A stretch of 63,966 nucleotides of DNA, counting the filler, from Basidiobolus ranarum (lineage: Eukaryota): NCBI GenBank assembly GCA_040143965.1. It is 10 parts of 10 records of this genome, joined end to end, with 100 filler letters (N's around TTAATTAATTAA, not from the genome) between each part and the next. Parts side by side here need not be neighbours in the genome. Positions count along the whole stretch, not along the records: positions 51,289 to 57,580 come from JASJQH010008226.1; positions 57,681 to 63,966 come from JASJQH010008227.1; 8 more parts are not named here. The stretch is one strand, 5' to 3'. Made by a program: the position numbers and the translations under genes. The notes under the pieces are model-generated. The model saw only the letters and a list, made by a program, of their open reading frames with translations, did no database searches and had not been told where the DNA came from. The number at the start of each line of letters is the position of its first letter. Position 1 is the stretch's first letter. This document shows, in pieces, positions 52,097-63,813 of this stretch.

Positions 52097-53610
52097 TTCA
52101 GTTGGTTTATGTTGACTGTGTAGTCAATTCGCGTATTTTATAGATATAACAAGGGCAGGAACATATTGTTAAGCTGGGCTAAAAGAATACTTTTTGAGAG
52201 TTTCTCTGTCACGTAACCCAACCACTCTTTCTAGAAACCTCAGTCATATGAGTACTTGCACTCGTCTGCACCAATTAGTTATATTGCAAGCGATTTGTCA
52301 TACACTTCACAATGTAAGTGGAAATATTTGCCCATTGATATGCTTTCTCAATTGACCTCGGTCTAGACTTATGTGTTGTTCATAAGGACACCAGGCACAC
52401 TTTGGTATTTAGGTTAAGCCATGGACAGTCTAAGATATTATCCCAGAGTTACCTCCACTACTGGTACTATTTAGGACTTTAATACTGATAGTGTCCATTG
52501 GTTTCTGCATGTACTAGTAAAACATTCCCACCTATACGTTAAAAGTTTGAAGCGACGTACATCTTTCCAATTTCGAATAGTAGTTCTGGGATAATAATAC
52601 AGGGGTCATAGCATTTACAAAGCCTATACCCCAAATTAGGGAAACAAGCAAAATAGGAAAGACAATCAGGCTGAGATAAACATATATGATGTTATATTGA
52701 TATAATTCGTAATAAATTCATATGATTTGATAATCCATTAAGGTCATAATATCTCAATTAATTCCATCGTTCCAATAGTCAATAAGTGGATTTGGAGCGT
52801 TTGAAAAAATGTTGATGAAAAAGATTGAAGGTTCCTTTCTGATTGACTCGTAAAAACATTTGGAGCCCCATGTAGAACCATCATACGTGATACCACCATT
52901 TATCTTGAATTCGCGGACTAGGGTCTGATCATGTATACCTATCTAGAGATTGGTGTGATATTCTTGAATTCATTATTGCGGGAGTTACTATTACTCCATT
53001 TATTGTAAAGGTGACAACAACGCCTAAACACTTTAATGATGTAAGAAGCTAATACGTATTGCACTTTAGATCACCGCTTTGGACTTTCTCAGTTTAGAAT
53101 CAGCATGGCTCCCTAGGCTTTGCCATTGTATCTGGTGAGCTTTCTCCAAATGAGAGAACTAAGATTGCGAATATATGAGCCATTAGTTAATAGAAGGACG
53201 AGTGAGCATAAATTTAAAAGCAAAGGATATTCATAAGAGCCATTTTCGTTGTGAAATTACTTCCTCATTTTCCAAGTTGTGCTTGTTTGTGGATCACCAA
53301 GCTTACTGCTGGTCCAAATCATGGATATAAAGACACGTTGTTGTCCAAACTTTGCTTCCAAAACTCCCTTCTTAGTACCTATTATTCCAGCTTTCTGTCC
53401 TGTTGTTCATATGGTATATCCTACCTTTCTTTCCTTTTACTTACCACCTTCCCCCTAAACAGTATCTTTACATCCACAGAACTTGTATATATTGGTAGTA
53501 TAGTTAAGTATAGATATGGCCCCATCCTGTCACAATATATTAGGAGATTGTTGTCCTGACTGTCACTTTGTTTAGATTAGTATATAAGCTAAACAAAGTT
53601 CACACTACTT

Positions 53611-54330
53611 GGTGCTTTCCATCCGTCTAAGAGAGGCAGCGGCAACAAGAGACTCCGCACCACTATTACCCATGAGCCTAACCATTAGCCAAGCAAATTT
53701 ACAAACAATCTATTGTCTACCACCTAGGTACTATACAAACTTCACAATAGCAGCGAAGAAAACGACTGCTGGTAAGACGGTATAGACAAAAATACTGATG
53801 TCGGCGATATTGTAGCTAGTTATACATGCCAAGCCAGATTTGGAGAAGTGGAGATGAGTGGAGTACATGTTTAATACCCAACTGAAAATATCGTATCCGA
53901 CAGATGTCTCAAGGATAAACAAACCGAGGAGGAATGGTTACAGCATACCAACAACAGCAGTCCTCCATGAAATATTTTGTGATTGTCGGATGTTGCATAT
54001 AGTAGCACAATAAATACAACGGGACCAAGGAATGATCTTAGCCTGTTTAGGCGACTGCTACCTCCTTTTTGAACGGGAAGAACAAGAGTAACAGATACAA
54101 TCAATGTAACCGGAAGTAGGACACCAAAGATGAAACGGATTTTTTCGGGAATCATCGAGAAACATTCCCAGGCTTGGAAAGCACTCAGGTAGTCACGTGG
54201 TAAAACATGAGTTTCAATGAAACAAAAGTTCGAAGAAACGAAAGGACTAGGTGGCAACGATGGTTTGATCGAGGTAGTGGATGCCACCCAATAAAACTGT
54301 AGCAAATGATGATAAGGTTTGACCTAAGAC
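53611..54330 (-). pseudogene. Concentrative nucleoside transporter (CNT/SLC28) pseudogene fragment
   Basis: LRSFLGPVVFIVLLYATSDNHK (frameshift) WRTAVVGML*PFLLGLFILETSVGYDIFSW ... VLPAVVFFAAIVKFV*YLGG..*IVCKFAWLMVRLMGNSGAESLVAAAS. These are CNT signature segments with stops, and the C-terminal half is absent. Confidence 0.85.
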
Positions 54331-55002
54331 CAACCCTATCAGTAGCCCCATCAGTAGCCCTATCAGTGTTTTGCATCCCATCGCTGTGTAGATGGGTGTA
54401 TATACATATATATATTGCATGAATATTGACCATCTTCAAAAGTTTATGCTTCCTAATAAGCTTCAGTTGGAAGTATTAATATCGGAGTAAAATGGACGAA
54501 AATCTTAATGCGATAACCTACTTGTAAAGACATAGGAGATACTACAGCAAATGAAAGAGTAAACTCTAAGGCTGCTAGTGGAATTTATATATTTATGTTT
54601 AGGTAGCTGCCAGAATATATTACTTATGCCACTAGTTACCCCGCTAAGAAACATGCACCTATGTTTCAATCGATCACATCTGTCAAGAGTTGTGTTAAGT
54701 TCCATGAATCAAGCGTAAATGATTGGGTCACTCATATGTCAACATAGAATATAAATTGATGATGGCATTTGCATGAACATCACTAAACCTATGCACCACT
54801 ACCACTAATTTCACTGGTTCAGCGCTTAAGGATTGAGTGGTAAAAAGGATTCTCTGCGAAAAAATGTATGGCTTGGGCTTCATTGTAACATAATTCATGC
54901 ATTAGCTATGAGTGGACGATTGTGTCGTCAATTGGCGTATGACTGAATGAGTAAGAAACTAGCATGTGATATAGATATGCTGTTGCAAGGCTATAAGAGG
55001 AC

Positions 55003-55181
55003 TATAAATAACATATGGTATTTAGTTGTATCGATCATTCATCTTCAGCATCTACCACTCTACATCACAACCAGACATCTGAACCAGTAGTGAACACTAC
55101 AACCTAAATAGGTAAGGAACTTTATTAACGTCATACACTGAAAGGGAGACATAAAACTAACTATATCTATACATCTTTTAG
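55003..55181 (+). promoter_or_regulatory. TATA box (55003-55010) and 5'-UTR intron (55112-55181) of the NRPS-like gene
   Basis: TATAAATA, then a GTAAG donor, a CTAAC branch point at 55157 and a TTTTAG acceptor 13 nt before the ATG. Confidence 0.6.
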
Positions 55182-55194
55182 TACATTATACAAC

Positions 55195-57580
55195 ATGTCC
55201 CAAGAAAGCACCAACATGAATTTACTACAAGTCCTCGTTAATACAGCCAAGAACTATCCAACCCATGGCCTTTACTACATCAACAATTCGGACGATATTG
55301 CAAATCCTTCATTCGACAGCTACTCCAGTCTTCTTACGCGGGCATATAGCATCGGGAAGGAGCTACGTGTACTCACACAAAACAACCCTAGCCAAATAGT
55401 TGTGCTGTACTTTGACAATCATCAGGATACAATTGATCACTTTTGGGGATCGTTAGCCGCTGGTCTTCTACCATGTGTTCTTGGGGCATTGAAAGGTGAT
55501 GATGAGAAAAAGGAAATGGAACTCTCACATCTCGATACTCTTTTCAATAAGCCTATCTTTCTTTGTCGCCAAAAAGATTGCGATGAACTCACTTCTTTGG
55601 CCCCAAATCTGAATGTTCAACCCATCGACAGTTTCAAAGCACAGGAAAGCCTTGATGCTAATACAGATTTTTCTGAACTTGAGTCACTGAATTTCAATAG
55701 TCAAAGTACGACGAACGAGGTGGCTGTTCTGTTACTAACCTCTGGCTCTACAGGCAACTCAAAAGCTGTTGAACACACTGATGCAAACGTACTTGTTGCA
55801 GCCAAGTATAAGGTTGACGATTATCAGCTTGAATCCACAGACACCATATTAAATTGGGTTGGATGTGACCATGTGGCTGGGTTAATTGAGAATCACATCA
55901 CACCTATTGTAGCAGGAGCAAATCAAGTTCAAGTAGCTGCATCAGTGATCACCCTGGAGCCATTGACACTTTTAGACATTGCTGAAGTATTCGAAGTAGG
56001 CTATACTTTTGCTCCCAACTTTTTATTAGCTAACATCGAGAAAGATCTGAGAACCAAGCTTCAGGCGACTTCACAAGTACCACTCTACAATTTATCCAAG
56101 CTGAAGCGCATCAACTCTGGAGGAGAGGCCAATTTGGTAGATTTAGGGAATCAACTCTTACTCACATTGAAAGAAGCAAAGTCCAAGTTTACTGGGATCA
56201 TAGCGCCAGGCTTTGGAATGACGGAGACTTGCGCTGGTTGTATCTATAACAAACAGTTTCCATTCAGTGATACTGGGAAGGAATTTGGTACGTTAGGGCA
56301 TCCTTCCAGCGAAGTATGTTTGCGAATTGTCGATGATGATGATCAAATATTGCCAGCTGGCTCATGCGGGAATCTGCAAATATCGTGCCCTCAGCTATTC
56401 AAGGGCTATTATAACAATCCTGAGGCTAATGAACAAGCTTTCACTAAGGATGGCTGGTTCAGAACAGGGGATACAGCTAATCTTGCCAATGGGGCCCTGG
56501 AACTTGTTGGAAGAACCAAGGATAGTATTATTCTTCGTGGTGTAAACTATTACGGCAATGAACTTGAGGCTGCATTACAAAATATAGACGGGATTGTCCC
56601 TTCATTCGTCGCAGTTTGCCCTATTCGGCCAAAGGGCTCTCAAACCGAACAAGTTGCCGTTTTCTATCTTCCTTCATTCTCACTATCCGATGAAGAAGCC
56701 CTTCTTCGTACTCATTCCAGTATTCAACAAAAACTGATTCAGTTTTGCTCTCAAGCACCTCACGTAATATTGCCACTCTCCAAAAACATCTTGACTAAAA
56801 ATTCATTGGGCAAGTTGTCAAGAGGAAAGCTACGTCAACGATATGAAAAAGGGGAATTCAATGAATTCCTTAAGATTGTTGAACAAGTCGTCCAAACAAG
56901 AAAGGCTTTGAAATACAAGAAGCCAACCTCTGATACCGAAATCACTTTGGCTTCCTTCTTGTGTAAAATATTTGATGTACCTTCGGATGATATGTGTGTA
57001 GAAGAGAACTTCTTTAATATGGGAGGCTCGTCTCTAGAAGTCGTACAGTAAGTTGATTTTCTTTAACCGATGATTTTATTCATGTATTAAGTGGGTTTCT
57101 ATTGTATAGATACAAAGCAAGAATTATTGAACACTTCAATTTAGCTAAGGTAAGACTAGAGAGGTACTACGGAAGTTCCATGATTTTATTACTAATTCAT
57201 ATTTTCCATTACAGAATTGGCCAGTCATCAGAATTATGCAACATCCAACTATTCGAGCACTTGCAACACATTTGGATGAATCCAAATCGAATGCCACGGG
57301 AGGTTTGCCTAACCAGAACTATGATCCAGTTGTCCCCTTACAAGTAACAGGGTCAGGCGTGCCCATATTCTTTGTCCATCCTGGTGTAGGTGAGGTCCTT
57401 ATCTTCGTCAACTTGGCCAAGTATTTTGTGAATGAACGTCCATTCTACGCATTGAGAGCTCGAGGATTTGATGAAAATCAAACTTACTTTGAGTCAATGG
57501 AAGAGATGGCCGATATTTATACTGCAGCCATTCGTAAAACTCAACCGGAAGGTCCCTACGCTGTAGCTGGATATTCTTAC
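55195..57580 (+). CDS. Monomodular NRPS-like enzyme (A-T-TE, no C domain) of the quinone/furanone synthetase type; exons 55195-57047, 57110-57149, 57215->57580; truncated in the TE domain by the gap
   Basis: A domain: LLTSGSTGNSKAV, WVGCDHVAGL, FAPNFLL, NSGGEAN, PGFGMTETCAG, GWFRTGD and KNSLGKLSR. T domain: FFNMGGSSL. TE domain: PIFFVHPGVGEVLIFVNLAKYF..RPFYALRARGF..GPYAVAGYSY. Confidence 0.95.
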
Positions 57581-57799
57581 NNNNNNNNNNNNNNNNNNNN
57601 NNNNNNNNNNNNNNNNNNNNNNNNTTAATTAATTAANNNNNNNNNNNNNNNNNNNNNNNNNNNNNNNNNNNNNNNNNNNNATTTCAGCTATACAAGCAAC
57701 TGATTGGCCTTAGACTTTGTGTTCAGATGCAGTCACCATACTCCATATATTCCTCTTTGGGAATTACTGCTTGTATCACAAGTCACCAGACTTTCAACA

Positions 57800-58331
57800 G
57801 TTTTCACCTATTGATTTATTGAGTAGAAAGTTGACATTTATAGTTTTGTCAAGTTGTAAACAAACTAACATGTAGCATATGTCAAGGAAGGTCCCAGGAA
57901 CATGTTTGCAAAGTTTGGGGCTTCTAGCGCAAGTTTGAAAAATCTATATATCTCAGGATTTCTAAGTAAATTCTGGTTGAGAATAATGGATAATATCTTA
58001 GTGAATCTTAAGATAACTAAGTACTATGCTATATATGACTATATAGGTGTTTAGGCAATGCTAATTTCAACACTAAGTTGGTATTAATATTCTAAGTAAA
58101 TTCCCCATGAAAACAGTGGATAATATCTTAGTGAGATATAAGATAACTAAGTACTAAGCTATATATGACTATATTGGAGCTTAGGCAATGCTAACTTCAA
58201 TACTAGCTTAGTACTCCCTGAATAAACTCAATATACTTACACTGGATGATATTCTAACACCAAGTAGAATGTACATTTCAAATGAGTAATTTCCATTGAA
58301 TACGGTAAGGTTTAGCAATGCTAATTTTGAC
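57800..58331 (-). mobile_element. Stack of partial Copia LTRs (LTR termini at 58072, ~58202 and ~58331)
   Basis: GCAATGCTAATTTCAACA-like termini occur three times, and the internal sequence matches the 19957-20304 LTR. Confidence 0.85.
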
Positions 58332-59056
58332 ATTTAGTATAACGCATGAATATTTAGACACTTGATGCTTTTAATTTAACACTTGTTATATGCAATTGAA
58401 GATCTATATTGTATTGATTAAATAGCAAATCAGCACTTAAATGTGCCATCTTTACCACTAAACACTAATATTTGTCCTTCGGATATTGGCTCTTTTACGA
58501 AAGACATTGACTATGGGTCTACTCCCCTTGTATTTGATTTTGCTGGAAATTTGAAAGCCTCTGTCTCGGTATCTAGAATAACTCAGATTCAATAAATATA
58601 ACCAAATTAAGCCTACGTTATTTGAAACTCCAGTAAATAGCAGACAGGTTTGAAAGAATGATGCAAATTTTCTGATTTATACCTGGGGAGAAAGGAATAA
58701 TATGAACTTACCAACGAAGTGCCATCACAGAAGCTCTATGAGGGAAATATCCCCAAGTTGCTACGATTTGATCAAACTTTCCGTTTTCGAATGCTTATAT
58801 TATTAGCTCAGTACTAATATGTAATACTTCCAAGTGGCATGGCACCATTCCAGTTGGACAGGAAACAACTGTCTCCGTATATAGAGATTCATGGAGCGGT
58901 GCTGCCAAGAATTCGGATTTATTCAATTCCGTTTAGATACAAACTCATTTGGATATCTGTGCATTAGTACGCCACCCTTAGGATAGGTATGACCTGAAAC
59001 TGGATTTACCAGACAAGTATATAAGGATGTGCGGTGAGTTGATCGAAGTAACTTGA

Positions 59057-60382
59057 ATGTACAGTATGATGGCACACTCACTAAAGCTGAATGATGATGA
59101 AACGGTGGCTTTCAATTTCCTCTATCCCAGCTGGATGAAGGTTCCGGTTTCCATTCGGCCCGACGAAGATCACCTCAAGATAGCGATCACTGACTACTTG
59201 GCGGAGAACAGAGCCCTTGAGAATGCTCTTGGAGGTAATATTGCTGAGAAAAAGCCAGCTTTGCACTTTTCGCTACAACAAGGAGTAGAAAAGCAACCAT
59301 ACAATGCTGAGGAGCTTCGCGACAAAAGTTGCAGCATGGAATTCCATAGAACACTCATCTACTTGAAAATGGTTGGGCTGGACCCAATTCAGGACCTGAA
59401 GCCATTTGGTCTTGACGAAGAGTCAGTCTTCGATCCAACGTATCTAGCTGCAAACCTTCTTGTTACTCTACCATTAATTGCTGATTGTTTCCAAGTGACT
59501 CACACTGAGACTGAGCGATTTCCCAAGTATGGTCATGATATTGGATGCGTTGAGCGGCACCTAAACTACAATATTGGGATCAAAGATATGTCGACGAATT
59601 GGAAAAGCTACGATCTAGGAGGCCTTGTATACGAAATTCTTAAAACACTCCCTCCTGGCCACACCAGTACTAATGAACTGATAGCGCCGCTGAAGGATTT
59701 GAAGTCAATCACAGACAAGGATACATTTATTCATTATCTATCTAAAGTCACAGTGAACCAGTTGAAGAAAAAATCTCTACGCTTAAGTGAAAAGGCAGTA
59801 TTAGGGCTTCGGAAATCAATCCTCTGTGCCGCGAATAATCTTTTCAGAGAGAAATGCTTACTAGTGCCCTATCCAAATAATAGAACATTGGATTTGCTGT
59901 ACAATCGGAAAACTCTTCGTAACAACGTTATTGTCCATCCACCCACTCTCTGCCTAAACGATGCTCTCAGTGTGCACACAATGTTCCACAAGGCCATTGC
60001 TAGCAAAAAACTGAAGCTATATTCGGGTGGGCAGTTGCTATTTAAAGAAGATAACGGAGAATGCGCTATGCGACTTCCCACTCCAAATGACGTGAAAAGG
60101 GCTATTGCTAGAGAGGGACTCTGTACAGCTAACTCATATGACCTGCTTGTACTCGAAATAGGGGCCATTGAGTATGACCAAAGAATTCGTACTGGAGCTC
60201 CGTTCTCAAGTGTTCCTTATGAATACCTGGCCACTTGCAAAAAGTTGTTTAATGAATCTTGGATAGATGCCCTCATAGCGTTAAAACTCAAACGTCTTTT
60301 GACCGGCTACTTCAGTTTGGTAGGAGATACAGATATGAAGCAAGCTCATTGTCGTCGAATTATATATACTTCAGTCGATTAA
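59057..60382 (+). CDS. Intronless 441-aa protein of unknown function
   Basis: Long uninterrupted ORF in AT-rich DNA with a globular composition and normal CpG content. TATATAA lies at 59018-59024, and a diverged duplicate lies at 61797-62070. No family recognised. Confidence 0.8.
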   Translation: MYSMMAHSLKLNDDETVAFNFLYPSWMKVPVSIRPDEDHLKIAITDYLAENRALENALGGNIAEKKPALHFSLQQGVEKQPYNAEELRDKSCSMEFHRTLIYLKMVGLDPIQDLKPFGLDEESVFDPTYLAANLLVTLPLIADCFQVTHTETERFPKYGHDIGCVERHLNYNIGIKDMSTNWKSYDLGGLVYEILKTLPPGHTSTNELIAPLKDLKSITDKDTFIHYLSKVTVNQLKKKSLRLSEKAVLGLRKSILCAANNLFREKCLLVPYPNNRTLDLLYNRKTLRNNVIVHPPTLCLNDALSVHTMFHKAIASKKLKLYSGGQLLFKEDNGECAMRLPTPNDVKRAIAREGLCTANSYDLLVLEIGAIEYDQRIRTGAPFSSVPYEYLATCKKLFNESWIDALIALKLKRLLTGYFSLVGDTDMKQAHCRRIIYTSVD

Positions 60383-61796
60383 CTTTATGAGCAAGAGGAT
60401 GTATTCAGTCAAACGAAGTCCAAACTGTAGTCAATAATTTGTAATATCTGTTAGACGTGATTCTGGCGCCTCCCAGATTATGACCATAAAATTTCTGCAT
60501 TGTGTTAGCAGCTTAAATACAGAGTGTACTTTCATTGAACGTGTCGCTTTCAAATTGATGATACTTGCAAAATTTCAATAGAACGGAGTCTCATAGATAA
60601 AAGCACTCGCTATTCTCCATCATTTGGATAGCAAACAAGTGGAGCATCAAGGTAAAAAATCGGCCCCTCCAGGTACTTCTGCTAGTACAATTCACTTGAA
60701 AGGAAATTTGAGGATTCATAAGTCACCATCAACACATGATTTAGGATTGCCATTGATGGTCCGATCTAGAAAAATGCCCATAGTGGCAAGATAAGCAAAG
60801 GTGGCCTCGACAAAAAAGGAACCCCTTAGTGACCAGATACGAAAAAGATGGTTGATTCTTTACATCAAGTAGTGAGTATTACCTAATTTGCCACTTAAGA
60901 GCACCCGAAATTTAGGGCTCAGCAAGCCGATTAGCAATAAGCTCATTCGTGAGTAGGGCCCGAATCGCAAGAGTAATAAAAGGCACATCTATAGCTTAAC
61001 TTGACTAACCAAATATTGTTGGTATATCCGCCTTGTTCGTTGCTAAACACGATATATTTTCATGAAAGTGAGTAAATTCCCTCAATTTTTCATGTTCTTC
61101 TTTCCCAAAAATTTCATTTTCAAAGTATATACAGTCGAACAGTGCCTAGGTATAATACGTAGAAGTAGAATATCGTCGTTCACAACTTTGTATTCTTTCA
61201 AATGAGGAGATAAGCCAATTGTTATTAATTATCAAGTAACCCAATTTGAACCTCACATGAAAATTACTTCTACGCTTGGCTATCAATACTATTCGATCGG
61301 GACCAACCATGGAATTCTGCAAGCCCAATTGCTATTTGTCTCGCTTATATCTCACGCATAGTCTCATGCATAGTAGATGTATTCTAATTTGGGTATTCAA
61401 AAAGCAGTGCAGGTACGTTAGCGTTCTCTTGACATTGTGACATAAATAAGTTTCAAATACATATTGGAATGTACACTATTTAAAGATATTACAGTGGAGA
61501 AATGTTTGCGCATGCTCGAAGGAATGTGCTTTGGATGGGACACAGGCGGTTGTTAGCCATGTACCAACAAAATTTGATATCATGTGCCATGTAATCGTAG
61601 TAATGATTGGGTCAAGATTTGGAATGTCAAATGCTTAAACGCGTAACCCTGACACTAATGTGTGATGATTTTAAGTAGCATGGCTTCATACCTTGACTAT
61701 TTGGAACGATACTAACATCTGGGCATAATGATAATACCATTTAGATTGAAATTCCACTGGATATCAGCACAATACTATGCCCCTGCTGGGGGTGAC

Positions 61797-62070
61797 ATGA
61801 CCTGAAGCTAAAATATCCAGAATAGTATACATAGATAAGTGCTGACTATATCTAAGCAAGTTAAAACGTACATTAAGATGGCGCACCCACCACAGCTAAA
61901 TGACTATGTAACGACGACTTTCAACTTTCGTTGTGTCGGCTGATTGACGATTCCAATTTTCATTCAGCCTGACGAAGATCACTTCAAGGTAGCGACCACT
62001 AACTACTTGGCGGAGAACAGAGTCCTTGAGGATGGGAAAGCTACGATCTCGACAGTCAAAGAATTCGTAT
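61797..62070 (+). pseudogene. Decayed, internally deleted duplicate of the 59057..60382 gene
   Basis: 61797-62033 aligns to 58989-59225 (IQPDEDHFKVATTNYLAENRVLED vs IRPDEDHLKIAITDYLAENRALEN) with an in-frame TGA. It is followed by short blocks matching 59601-59616 and 60179-60191. Confidence 0.85.
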
Positions 62071-62803
62071 TAAAAGAACTATTTTCACAAGAACACTCTA
62101 GGTCTTGTTTGGAGATCGCAACCTTGTGGGCCATCATAATAACAAATATATTGGTTATCGCGGCAAAGAATAGGCTGTCCAAGCATTGGTTGGTACTTCT
62201 GCAAATACAAACCTGCGGCGGGACTCCAAAAGGCCTATAACACGCGTGGTTAAATTCTGCGCTCTAGTCTAGAAATGCCTCGATAGTGGACAAACAGATG
62301 AGGAAACTTTCAGCCACTATATATGTGTCGGATTGTGGATACTCATTTTACGTGAATTATTCCCTGATTCAATGGAAGCATGATTGAAATTGGAAATATT
62401 CTTATATAGGGTTAGGGCTATTAATCTACATGTTAGCGATTGGTGAGTTGACTTAGAGTGCAAACCTACCCTGAAATGACATCATATTCAATCTGCACTC
62501 AGCGCGTAAGCGCGTATCACTATACAGAGCGCAGTTCGAATAATCTGACATCTATGATGAGTACAAATTTAGAATTTCCTAAAGAAGTGATTTATATCAG
62601 TTGTACTTGCATATCACATGTTTTCCATTTTTAGGGCAGAGGCCGGAAAACTTTGTTATTATGCCAATCAATCTTCAGAGAAACCTTTCTATGCTACTAC
62701 AATGCAACTCACTCTGACCATGTGCTATTGGTAGTGCATGCTTGGTGAAATATTCGTATATGTTTCGCAGACTAAATATTTGTCCATCAAGTATTTCTTA
62801 ACG

Positions 62804-63001
62804 TCAAAATTCATTAGTAGCACTGCTAGAGTAAGGAGCAAAACAAACAGATGCACCAGTAGTAAAAGTACCCCCCGAAAGGGCGCTACAGCATTTCTTT
62901 GTAACTTGATCATCAGCCCCATAGCACCCTTCGCAGTTTAGCATTGCAGGACTAACTAAGGTTGCTGATAGCATCACTGATTGGATAGAAATAATCTTCA
63001 C
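62804..63001 (-). pseudogene. Possible small secreted Cys-rich peptide gene, probably degenerate
   Basis: (V)KIISIQSVMLSATLVSPAMLNCEGCYGADDQVTKKCCSALSGGTFTTGASVCFAPYSSSATNEF*. The leader is signal-like but starts at GTG, and there are five Cys including a CC pair. Confidence 0.35.
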
Positions 63002-63319
63002 AATGAGAGATTTAAGCCACTTTAGATACCTCGTATGTTTGGCTATTTTATCTTTTAAAGAACTAGGTCTGTCTAACTGTTTTGTCTTCAATATAGCCAC
63101 TTACTGACCCCCATTCTTGCTTAAACTTCAAAAAGTTGACTTGTACTGTATAGTTGTAATAAGATATAATAGAAAAGTGGGGATAATAAGACATACTTGT
63201 TATATAGATATAGAGATATTCCTATTTAGAATATAGGGGCTATTGATGCATTGCTTTCTGTTTTTGATATATGTATCTTGACTAAAGGTAGCTAAGATGT
63301 AGAATAAAGATTAATTATC

Positions 63320-63645
63320 CAACTCTTAAGCATCTATGAGGTCATATAGTTGGCTACTTTAATTTCACAATGTTGTTATTCAATATTTTCATGAGGAACT
63401 TACTTAGAAAATTGAGATCAACTAGGAAGTTCAAAGATTATATAATTTTCTTAAACTTGTCCAAGAGACCCCAGACTCTGCACACATGCTCCTGGGACCT
63501 TACGTGGCATATTCTAAATGTTTGTTTGCTTATCTCTTGACAAAACTATAATTGTCAACTTTCTACTCAACGAATCAATAGGTGAAATCACTGATTCTTC
63601 TAGCTCTCCAAACCACTTCCAACAAACTCCCAAAATGCTTCAACA
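63320..63645 (+). mobile_element. Degenerate solo Copia LTR
   Basis: CCCCAGACTCTGCACACATGCTCCTGGGACC and CCAAACCACTTCCAACAAACTCCCAAAATGCTTCAACA match the family LTR. Confidence 0.8.
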
Positions 63646-63813
63646 TTGAATTGATATTTAGATTTTTTTTTCCAAAGATTGCAACATCATGTCCTAAATA
63701 AATGTCAATATTTTGGCAAATAGCAAGTTCACTCTTTGGAAGCAGCACTGCACTCCTATTACATCCATATTTGGTACTACAATATTTGGTACCTTTTTAT
63801 ATAGTACATCTAA

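Noticed and set aside
55195-60382. NRPS-like gene plus orphan ORF as one biosynthetic cluster
   Set aside because: They are separated by an artificial linker (57581-57680) and lie on different contigs, so there is no evidence of linkage.
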